Below, one piece after another: positions 27,588 through 39,204 of a DNA stretch of 64,000 nt (positions are counted from its first letter, which is position 1; each line of letters starts with the position of its first letter). Location of the stretch: assembly GCF_009914755.1 (NCBI RefSeq), contig NC_060930.1. One strand, given 5' to 3'. The position numbers and the translations under genes were made by a program. This DNA comes from the human T2T-CHM13v2.0 reference genome, Homo sapiens. A model generated the notes under the pieces. That model did no database searches. It saw nothing but the letters and a program-made list of their open reading frames with translations, and had not been told where the DNA came from.

Positions 27588-27950
27588 TGTATTAGTCTGT
27601 TTTCACACTGCTGTGAAGACATACCAGGGACTGGGTAATTTAAAAGAAAAGAGGGTTAATGGCACACAGTTCTGCATGGCTGGGAGGACTCAGGAAACAT
27701 ACAATCATGGCAGAAGGCGAAACAGGCACGTCTTACATAGCAGCCACTGAGAGAAGTGAGTGAGAGCAATAGAAATGACAGACGTTTATACAACCATCAG
27801 ATCTCGTGAGACCTCACTCACTATCATGAGAATAGCATGGGGGAAACCGCTCCCATGATCCAATCACCTCCCCTTAAGTTCCTCCCTCAACACGCGGGGA
27901 TAATAATTCAAGATGAGGTTTGGGTGGGGATACAAAGCTAAACTATATCA
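27588..27950 (-). mobile_element. THE1D/MSTA-like MaLR solo LTR
   Basis: tgtattagtctgttttcacactgct..aactatatca; TSD tgtgt/tatgt. Confidence 0.93.
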
Positions 27951-27956
27951 TATGTA

Positions 27957-29010
27957 TGGTTGACCTTTGAACAATGGTGGGGTTAGAAGCACCAACCCAT
28001 GCCCAATCAAAATCTGTGTGTAACATTTGACTCCCCAAAATCTTAACTAATAGCCTGCTATTGACCAGAAGCCTTACCAATTACATAGTCACACATATTT
28101 TGTATGTTATATGTATCATATACTGTATTCTTACACTGAAGTACACTAGAGAAAAGATAATGTTATTAAGAAAATCATAAGGAAGATAAAATATATTTAC
28201 AGTACTATATTGTATACATTGATACCATAAGTTTATGTTATCTGCTTACAAGATGAATTAACTCTCTGAAATGGCAGGCAACTGCAGCTACAGACATCAA
28301 TCTAGACTTTATATCAAGAAATTCAACTTTTTTTTGTAATGTAAGGACTTTTCTCTGCTTCTTGGGAGCACTTCCAGCATCATTAATGGCACTTCCTATA
28401 GGTCCCGTGGTGTTATTCAAACTTTACACTATTGCATTAAACATTATGTAAAATACATGAGAAATATAAGAGATCACTTTTTACAGAGATATACAATTTA
28501 CCAGAGAAATGAACTGCTCATGCAGAGATGATTAGCATCATACAGCATTTTAAGGGGATATGTACAAACACTTGACCTTTACTCCAATAGTAACAGGAGG
28601 TGGTTATGAAATTATTACAGTAGTATAGTATGTACTATAGTTAATTTTATGGTTATGATTTAATAAGGCATTTTTACATTCATTTACATTTATCTCAACC
28701 ATGAATGGCACCATATATGGTCTGTAAATATGTGTGTGACTGTATTGATGGATTTTAACTTTAAATAGTAGATGTGTGTATATTTTATGTTAATAAATAA
28801 TAAAATATATTGTTATCTATATATATATTTTATGCATTCATGACGGACATTTTTCTTCATTTTTTTCAATATTTTTAAGCTATGTGGTTCTTCTGCAAGT
28901 TTTTCAAATTATTGCAAATCTCCAAAAAAATTTCCAATATATTTATTGAAAAAAATCTGTGTATAAGTGGACCCATGCAGTTCAAACCCCTGTTGTTCAA
29001 GTGTCAACTC
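27957..29010 (-). mobile_element. Tigger2 internal-deletion derivative (Tigger2b-like)
   Basis: TIRs (tg)gttgacctttgaacaa and ttgttcaagtgtcaactc with TA flanks. ORF 28238-28420 APKKQRKVLTLQKKVE matches the Tigger transposase N-terminus. Confidence 0.92.
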
Positions 29011-29084
29011 TAATTTACTTCTTGGTCTTCTCAGCTACATTTGTACACTCCTGTTAATTATATCTGGTTTCTATAGCAAAATAT

Positions 29085-29573
29085 TGTCAACCTAAAATAA
29101 GAAAAAGGCTAAAAATCTAGTTAAAAGAGTTTATTCAAGTGCAAAATGTGAGGGTGGCTGTCTGGGAAACATGGTTGCCAAAGAATGCTAACCACTGCTC
29201 CTAGTAAAAATTGTTTATATATGCAAAAACAGAGGTGCTGAACAGGATTACAACATTCTCCATTCAAAGGCTAACATACAGATATAAGATTTGATTGGCT
29301 TCTATTGAGTACACTCCAAAGAGATTGCTTAACATACTATTGTAAAGTGGTAACAATCAGAAGGGTCTCTATTTACAATATAATTTAGTCCAGGTTTGGA
29401 TGAAGAATAAGGAGTCCAGTTAATGTACAACATCTCAACACAAAGGTCAGGAAGCAATGGTCATGCACCAGGGAAGATAAACACCCATGTTACATAACCC
29501 AGTTTCCAGGGCTTAATTTTTCCCCTTGGCATAATAAGTTTGGAAGGTCCTGAAATTTTATTTTCTTTTCCCA
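29085..29573 (-). mobile_element. MER4-group ERV1 solo LTR
   Basis: tgtcaacctaaaataa..ggtcctgaaattttattttcttttccca; 4-bp TSD atat. Confidence 0.8.
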
Positions 29574-29659
29574 ATATGGTAATCTGTTTTTTTCCTTCAT
29601 GAGAATAAACACAAACTCATGCCTTCTCTAGAATGAAAGACACTAGTCCAATCAGTTGC

Positions 29660-30700
29660 AGTGTATCTTTAGGAAAGTGCCCAGCAATGAACTCACTGAA
29701 CACTGAACTGAAAGTTTTAGTAAAGTTACATGGGGTAGCTGCCTTGAATATACTTGCAGCAGGGCTCCAACTACAGTGACAAAGATGAACCAAGGACCCC
29801 AGCTACAGTGCTCTGAAATCCATGACGGCATTTGCAACAAAACCAAGCTTCCTACAGACTGACGGTAACCAGTAACTGAACCCCAGAGGAATGGTAAGTA
29901 AGGTACACTTATTCCTGGGAAACATGGGACTCCTTTGAGAGACAGCTTTGGCTTAAGGGCTCCATGATAGAATTACCAAACATTCTTTAGACTATAAGGC
30001 AATCTAGGGGGCTTTCACCAACCTTTCCTCCCTTTCCTTCAAGCAGGGCTAGACTTTTATCAAGTCTAGTGCTTCTCTCAAAGAAAAATTTCACTGGACA
30101 GAGTTAAATGGTCAAAGAAGACTTTTTTTCCAAGATTGCAATGGGAAAGAGAGAGATCAAATTCAACTCCTCTGAAAGAAAAGCTGGGAGAGTTATTTAG
30201 CCCTGGGGTGAGCTAGTGGAAAAGTGCTGGAGGACATTAGGAAGAGGTTGGTCAATGTGATTAGGCATCTGTGTTTGCTAATTGGCCCTTATTATGGTCA
30301 GGCTTCTACCCTAGCACAGACACTGGGAGAGACAGAGACACTACCTTTCTTGAAGATTATATTTCAAAGAGCTGGTTCCCAGGTATTTGAGAAAGACATT
30401 CCTGGGTTTTGGAAGTGGCAAGAGGCTGGGAGAAGATTTATATCACAAAAAGACAGAAGCATTTACAATTTTAAGTTTTCTAAAGTAAATTTTTAAGAAA
30501 ATGGAGGACAGGGACCTATAGTCAGGAAGAAAGATGTTTAAAGTGTAGTGAAGCTGAGGGGAATGTTTAGGCTGTCTTGGTCATTTCTTCCAGCCTTCTC
30601 AGGTTAACTCCATATTTTCTCTCACAGAGGTGTTTCCCCCAATAAAATCTTTACCTGCTTTGGTGTCTACATCTCAGAAGACCAAGACCCAAGACTAGCA
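29660..30700 (+). mobile_element. LTR16C/E-like 5' LTR, interrupted by MER67
   Basis: gctctgaaatccat, attcctgggaaacatgggactcct, ttttctctcacag..aataaaatc. Confidence 0.7.
30078..30583 (-). mobile_element. MER67-like ERV1 LTR
   Basis: End aagctgaggggaatgtttaggctgtcttggtca is the reverse of the recalled MER67 start. Confidence 0.75.
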
Positions 30701-31020
30701 CCACTGATACCAGGAGTAGCCCAAGAATGCAAGTGGTAATTTGGGGATGGCTCACTCCTTTCCCTGACACAGAAGAAGATGCCATTCTGTCACAAGGTGA
30801 TGACTCATTGTTACAGCTTTTGACAGTGTGACCTGGAAAAATGTCCAGGGGTAGGAAATGCTGCAGCATGTGCAAAAATACAGGCACCTAGAAAACATGG
30901 GGAGAAAGGGAATGCCTAAAAGGACAGCAACATTGGTTGGTTACTACTAAATTGTATTGACACTCTGCAAAGGCATGGTGAAATAGTGAGTGATCTTAAC
31001 AAGTATTTAATAACTACATG
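30701..31020 (+). mobile_element. ERVL internal leader and gag start
   Basis: taccaggagtagcccaagaa follows the LTR; attggttggttactactaaattgtattgac encodes IGWLLLNCID, similar to ERVL gag. Confidence 0.6.
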
Positions 31021-31520
31021 TGGGTTTAGGTGGTAGGTGAGAAAAAATATATTTCATCCTCTTTTTGGACTTAATTATGGTACACTTTCATCTTGTTGGA
31101 ATATACTCAATTCATGTTCATACATTTTTTCCTTGTAATATCTATGTTTTCAGTTCTATTATTAACCTTTCCACCCCAGTTGTATATTAGACTGGTTTTC
31201 CTAAACTCCTTGCAGTTGGTTCATTTGTAGGAGGTGAAGATAAGTTAGAGTAGTTTTTCCAATTTCATGACTCCATAAATCTCTCTTCTGTCAAAGCTGC
31301 TATATTTTCAAAAATGTGCCACTTGTTTAGGCAATTCCTTGTCTTTCAGAAACAGAAAGTCTTATGAAAACTTACTGTTTTTACTCCTAAATTGTCCATG
31401 CTTTAAAGGCCTTACATCCCAAAATGGTGTCATCTTAAAAAATTTGTATATATATTTTGCTAGCCTCTTAAAACTCTGCCTTTTATAGACATCTGTCCAT
31501 TCCACTCAGTGTATGAACTC

Positions 31521-31823
<303 letters not shown>

Positions 31824-32744
31824 GAATTCTTTTGTTTTAATCTCAGAGATTCTCAGTTTTTATACGTTGCCCAGTTATACTTGTTTTCTAGCAGGGTTTT
31901 TTGTTTTTTGGATTTTTTTTCCAGGTCAAAATTCTAAAAGAGACTTTTAAAATCCCTTCTAAAAGGGACTATATGTTGAATATTTTTGAGGCTCTAGCAA
32001 GCATAGGTTGTTTCAAAACTGTTTAAATTTCCTCATGGGCCGCTAAGTGTTTAAGTGAAGTCTGACAGGACTCATCAGACACTGGAAGGTATAAGGGTTT
32101 CTCAGAGTTTCCTGGTTTACCACCTAAGTTCTCATTCATTAAGAAGCACTGTTTTGGCTGGTAAGAACGCTCAATAATTTCCGCACTCCTCTGCCGATAG
32201 GATTCTCCACACTTCTCTGTACAACTATTGTTACACAGCCAATGGTCTTGATGCCAATGGATGCACTGGATTTTGTTGTTGCTGTTTATTTTTGTTTGTT
32301 TCTGTCTTTTTGTTTTTGTTCTCTATTGATCTCTAGTTGATCTCTATTAATTTGATGGAAGGTTTGTAGAGATTCATAAAAATGTATAGTGATTCCATAT
32401 TCTTGACACCAGAATTTCTTTAACTTATTTGGAATTGAAGTGATTTAATTCAAAAATATGCTGAAATTTAATCAGTTAATAGTGTTGTTTTGGAATTTGC
32501 CTAATTAGAAAGTGGGTTGCCATCAGAGAGGAGCATAAGAGCTCATGCATGATGCACAACAATCTAAAATCACAAGCATTTCTCTTTCTGAATGTATTTC
32601 TTGTAAATGACAGAAAATACAGGTTACTTTAATAAAATAACAACAATTCAAATGATAGTTAACAGCAAGAATAAAGCCAAAAGGGAGTAAAATTTTATGT
32701 CCAAGGTGTTGAAACCAAATAACCATTAAAAATTACAAATTCTA

Positions 32745-33362
<618 letters not shown>

Positions 33363-33367
33363 GACAG

Positions 33368-33519
33368 ATCTTGTGTAATTTACTGAATACCATGCTGAAG
33401 TAAAAAATGGAATTGCTGTATGGAAACTGGAAGTATGGTTTCTACTCATGTGTATAGCTTCTGTACTATTGCAAAGTTGAGAAATCATAAATTATATATC
33501 ATAAGTTGGGGGACATCTG
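33368..33519 (+). mobile_element. MER47A 3' half
   Basis: gaagtatggtttctact..cataagttgggggacatctg followed by ta. Confidence 0.8.
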
Positions 33520-33555
33520 TACCTGGATAAACTAAAAGTACAAGAATGAGAAAAC

Positions 33556-33690
33556 ATAGACTGTGCTAATACAGTAGCCACTAGCCAAACATGGCTGTTG
33601 AACATTTGAAATCCTTGTTAGGACAAATACAGATGTCCTAGCAGTGTAAAACACACTGAGGGTATCTAAGATTTAGAAAGCAAAAGTTAC
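33556..33690 (+). mobile_element. MER3/MER33-like hAT fragment
   Basis: aatacagtagccactagcca..catggctgttgaacatttgaaa. Confidence 0.7.
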
Positions 33691-34654
33691 ATAAATGTAT
33701 TGCTAAAACTAAAAATCAATCACAAAAGGAAATTTATCAAATATTGGAAAAATTAGACAATGTAACCATCAGTCAACTATAAGTAAAATAAGAAATTATA
33801 AGGCAATTTTAAAAGTATTTTGAACATTGGCCTAGATGCAAAATTTATGACTAAGACCTCAAAAGCAAATGCAACAAAAACAAACAGAAAACCTGGATTA
33901 ATTAAACCAAACAGTTTCTGCACAGCAAAAGAAGTTATCAACAGAATAAACAGACAACCTGCAGAATGGGAGAAAGTATTTGCAAACTATGTATCTGACA
34001 AAGGACTCATATCCAGAATCTATAAGGAACTCAAATTGGTAAGAAAAACACACATAACCCCATTAAAATTAGGCAAAAAACATGAACAGACATTTCTCAA
34101 AGGAAGACATACAAGTGGCCAACAAACATGAAAAAACATGCTCAACATAACTAATCATCAGAAAAATACAAGTCAAAGCCACAATGAGATACTATCTCAT
34201 GCCAGTCAGAACAGCTATTATTAAAAAGGCAAATAATAAGAGGTTGGTGAAGATGCTGACATGCTTATACACTGTTGGTGAGAATGTAAATTAGTTCAAT
34301 CTTTGTGGAAAGCAGTTTGGAGCATTCTCAGAGAACTAAAAACAGAACTACCATTCCACCTAGAAATTCCACTGCTGTATATCTACCCAAAGGAAAAGAA
34401 ATCATTATATCAAAAGGATACCTGTGCTCGTATGTTTATTGTATAACATAGCACTATTCACAAGAGCAAAGTCATGGAATCAACTTAAGTGTCCACCAAC
34501 AATTGCTGGGATAAAGAAAATGTTCTATGTACACACCATGGAATACTACTTAGTCATAAAAAAATAATGAACTTACGTCCTTGGCAGCAACGTGGCTGGG
34601 GCTAGAGGCCATCATCCTAAGTGAAATAACTAAGAAATAGAAATTAAAATATTG

Positions 34655-35323
34655 GGCTGGGCATGGTAGTTCACACCTGTAATCTCAGCACTTTGGGAGG
34701 GCGAGGTGAGTGAATCACCTTATGTCAGGAGGTCAAGACCAGCCTGGCGAACATGGTTGTATTAGTACATTTTCACACTGCTGATAAAGATATATCTGAG
34801 ACTGGGCAATTTACAAAAGAAAGAGGTTTATTGGACTTACAGTTCTGCATGTCTGGGGAGGCCTCGCAATCATGGTGAAGGTTAAAGGCAAGGATGAGCA
34901 AGTCATGTCTTACATGGAAGGTGTCAGGCAAAAAGAGCTTATGTAGAAAAACTCACATTTTAAAACCATCAGATCTCGTGAGACTCATTCACTATCATGA
35001 GAACAGTGCAGGAAAGACCTACCCTCATGATTCAATCACCTCCCACCAGGTTCCTCCCATGGCATGTGGGAATTGTGAGAGTTCACAGTTCAAGATGAGA
35101 TTTGTGTGGGCACACAGCCAAACCACACCAATGGGGAACCCCCCTGCCCCAACTGAAAATACAAAAAATTAGCTGGGCATGGTGGCACATGCCTGTAATG
35201 CCAGCTACTCAGGAGGCTGAGGCACTAGAATTGCTTTAACCAGGTTGCAGTGAGCAGAGATTGTGCGACTGCATTCCAGCCTGGGTGACAGAGCGAGGCT
35301 CTGTCTTGAAAAAAAAAAAAAAA
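34655..35323 (+). mobile_element. AluS split by THE1
   Basis: Left part ends ..aacatggt and resumes atggggaaccccc..aaaatacaaaaaattagc. Confidence 0.92.
34758..35130 (-). mobile_element. THE1B/C solo LTR
   Basis: tgtattagtacattttcacactgctgataaaga; TSD atggt/atggg. Confidence 0.93.
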
Positions 35324-35621
35324 TGCGTTCCACTTATAAGTGAGGGCTAAACAATTGGTATACACAGACATAGAAATTATAAACCCTGGAGACTCCATAA
35401 GAGGAGAGAGTGGGTGGGAGATGAGTGTTCAAAAATTACCTACTGAGTATAATGTTCACTATTTGGGTGATGACTTCACTGGAAGCCCAAACCTCACAAG
35501 TATGCAATAGATCCATGTAACAAACCTGCCCATGCACCCCCAAATCTAAAATAAAATTTAAAAACAAATAATAAAAGTATCTTGAACTGAATAAAAGACA
35601 AAGTATATTAAAAATATTTAT

Positions 35622-35718
35622 ATGTTTTAGTTTCCTGGTACTGTTGTAACAAAGTAACATACACTGGGTGGCTTAAAACAACAGAAATTTATTGTCTGGC
35701 AAGTCTGGAGACTAGGAT
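35622..35718 (-). mobile_element. MLT1 LTR 3' fragment
   Basis: actgggtggcttaaaacaacagaaatttattgtc. Confidence 0.8.
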
Positions 35719-35734
35719 CTTTCAATGATGCCCT

Positions 35735-37110
35735 TGTGAAAACTAAGAGGCAGCCTACAGAATAGGAGAAAATATTTGCAAAATCTATGTCTGAACAACT
35801 TGTGTGCAGAATATACAATAAACACTTAAAATTCACTTTTATAAATACAACACTTTTTATAAATGGATAAAATATTTAAATATACATCACATGTAAGAAG
35901 ATATACAAGTTTCAAACAAGCACATAAAAAGATGCTCAGTGGCATTCATTCATCATTTGAAAAAAGAAAGCTTTTTCACAATGTTATATGATTGAATACA
36001 TGCCAGAATGGCTAAAAGTAAAATTATTGGAAATACTTAGTGTTAATGAGGCTATAGAGCAACTGGAGATTTTACACATTTCTGAAAAGAATTAAAATTG
36101 TTAAAAACAATTGGAAGGTACCATTTAAAGTTAAACATACACTTGCCATATGATTCGTCATTCCCACTCTTAAGTATTTATACATATGTTCAAAGATTTG
36201 TGTTTAAATGTTCAATGCAATTTTATTTAGCCAAAAATAGGACTAACGCAAATGTTTGTTATGGCTTAAATTGCTTTCTCTCAAAATAGACATGTAGAAA
36301 CCCTAACCTTCAGTACCTCAAGAATAACATCTTATTTGGAAATACAGTCTTTGCACATGTAGTCAAATTAAGATGTGGACATTAGAGTGGGCTTTAATTC
36401 CATATGACTGATGTGCTTATAAAAATGGAAAATTTGGAGACAGATATGCACACTGAGAGAATGCTATGGGAACATAAAAACAGAGATTGGAATGATATAT
36501 CTGCAAGCCAAGGAAAGCTGAAGATTACCAGAAAACCACTGGAAGCAAGGATAAAGGCCTGAAACATTATCCCTCACAGAATTCAGAAGGAATGAACCCT
36601 GCCAACACCTGGATCTCATAATTCTAGCTTCCAGAACTGTAAAACAATAAATTTCTGTTGCTTAAGCTACCCAGTTTGTGACGCTTTGGTAAAGCAGCCA
36701 TAGGAAACTAATAAATTCATCAGTTTTGAAAGAATTTAAAATTTGTGGTATGTCCATTCAATGGAAAATTACTCATTAATAAAAACAAAATTCTGACACA
36801 CAAAAAATGGCTGAATCACAAAAACTGCTAAATAAAAAACAATACAAAAATTAAAGACTATATACAGTATGATTCAATTTATATAAAATTATAGAAGATG
36901 TAAAACTATAGTGCCAGAAAGCAGATCAGTAGTTGCTAACACCTGGGATGGGAGAGAGGATTGACAGACGACAAAGGCTATGAGGGGAAATTTGAGGCGA
37001 TGGAATGTTCTGTATCATAAGTATGGTGATGCTTACCTAGCTATACACATTTGTAAGAACTCTTTAATCATACACTCAAAATTAATGAATTTTATCTATA
37101 CAACTGATGT
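35735..37110 (+). mobile_element. L1M 3' region, split by MLT1C
   Basis: cagaataggagaaaatatttgcaaa; agaaagcagatcagtagttgc. Confidence 0.8.
36257..36714 (+). mobile_element. MLT1B/C solo LTR
   Basis: tgttatggcttaaattg..ccagaactgtaaaacaataaatttctgttg..ggaaactaata. Confidence 0.9.
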
Positions 37111-38792
37111 TAGAAAGACAAATATAATTAATATTATGGGAGTGAGAACTAATGGCTAAGAATTGGAAGATTAGTAAAACCAAAGAGTCCAAGACAGCAC
37201 ATAAGTGATTCCATTATAATATGTTAATATAAATAAAATTAAATTAAACAACCAAATATTCAAATATACTTTCTACAAGCAGAAAAAAACTAAAGTTAGA
37301 AATTTGATGAATGACTTAAACAACTAACCAAGGCAGAAGAGAGGGATAGTGATCTAGAAGATAAATCTGAAGAAATTATCTAGATTGCAACACAGAGTGA
37401 TAAAAGTGATAAGAATATGGACAATATGAGACAGAAAGAAATGAGAGAGTGAATTAGAGAGGCTAGAAACAAGAAAGATTTTTTTTAAAGTTTCAACATA
37501 CATCTTTACATGTTTTATATATCTGGGCATGAGTATGAAGTAGAATGATTATGAATATTTTCTGTACTCACTGATAGACAACCTGTGGAGTATGAGAGAA
37601 AGAAAAAGGTCAAAAATGCTCCATATTTTTGAAGTAAAGAAAAAACATTTGAAAAAAGTATCACATATTGAGTTGTAAAACAATTCTCAAAAAATTTAAA
37701 ATTTATATAACACAGATCACATTCTTCGAAAATAACATGAAATCAGAAATTAATGAGAAAAATGTAAATAAAATGTTTCTGAAATTTTTTTAAAACCCAC
37801 AATCTTATGTACCCATTTAAGAAAAAAAAATCAGAAAAAATAGAACTAAACTTAATTATAAAAAAAAACTTAGGAAAAGTCCTACAGTACAGTTAGTATA
37901 TATATTACTTGAATGGGAATGTACATATTATAAATAAATGTTAGAAAGAAAGGAATTGCTGAATATTAATGAGCAATCTAAGAAGTTAGTAAAGGAATTT
38001 CAGAGTAGTACTGAAGATTGAGGACAGATGATTATTAAGAACAAAGTAGGGTTAACTGGCAAGATGGCTGACTAGAAGCAGCCAGGAGGAACATCTGCCA
38101 CGAAGACACCAGTACATCAGGAAGACTGGTGCACTCTGAGCAGGTCTTGAGAAAGAAGGCATTGAGAGTGGACAGAAGGAGGATACACACTCTGGGCTGA
38201 AGGGCAAGGAAGCTGGGAACCCTGCACTGGCTACCATGCATCAGGACTCTTTCCTGGCCCCCAAAACTCCTGGGAAAGAGGTGAGTTGAACAGGTGAGAA
38301 GCAACCCGCTCTTGCTGGGGACCTCTGAAATTCTGACAGAAGGAGACCTGACAACCCTCAGACACTGAGCTGGCAGAGAGGGCTGCTTAGATAAGTGGTA
38401 GGGGCAGGACTAACCTGTGCAGTGCCCAGAGTGTTTGGTGTGGGAATATCTGCAATGAAGCACAGGGAAGGATACCCATTCCCTAAGGCTTACCATGCTC
38501 CCCTGGGAGACTTTAGCCTTAGGGATACTGTCGGACCTGGACACAGCAGGGCAGTTTTGCCTGTGAGATAGGACCAGTCTGGCCATGCCCACTTGCAGTG
38601 CAGCCTCAGACACCCAACTGTGATGAATCCTGGAAGCACACATCATAGCTCCTTCACCAGCAAACCACACCTGACTATCAAAGAGCTCCAGGAGAGCAGC
38701 CCCTGCTGATATGCAGAAGCCCATCCTTGCACTCACCTCACTGCATCCTCCCCCATGCTGCTTTGATGGCACACACTTGCCCATAGCCATGC

Positions 38793-39204
38793 TGTATTAG
38801 TCCATTCTCATACTATTATAAAGAAATATCTGAGACTGAGTAATTTATAAAGAAAATAGGTTTAATTTTCTCATGTTCCTGCAGGCTGTATAAAAAGCAT
38901 AGCACTTTCTGCTTTTGGTGGGGCCTCAGAAAGTTCCAATCATAAAGGAAGGCAAAGGAAGAGCGAGGCACTTCATATGACTCGAGCAGGAGGAAGGCAG
39001 GGGTAGGTGCTACACACTTTTAAATAACCAGATCTCATGAGAACTCACTCACTGTCATGAGAACAGACCCAAGATGGAAGGTGTTAAACCATTCATGAGA
39101 AACTGCCCCCATGATCCATTCACCTCCCACCAGGTCCCACCTCCAACACTAGGATGACAACTTGACAGGAGATTTGGGCAGGGACACAGATTGAAACCAT
39201 ATCA
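38793..39204 (-). mobile_element. MSTA-like solo LTR in the L1 5'UTR
   Basis: tgtattagtccattctca..caggctgta..aaaccattcatgagaaactgccccc..accatatca. Confidence 0.92.

Larger units (their letters stand above)
33826..35572 (+). mobile_element. 5'-truncated L1PB containing a nested Alu and THE1
   Basis: ORF 33820-34131 is ORF2 ([20 protein letters not shown]). L1PB-type 3'UTR. TSD aaaagtat(t/c)ttgaac at 33811-33825 and 35573-35587. Confidence 0.92.

Noticed and set aside
28238-28420. Domesticated TIGD/CENP-B-like gene
   Set aside because: Only the N-terminal stub of the transposase is present, in a non-autonomous Tigger2; there is no DDE domain.
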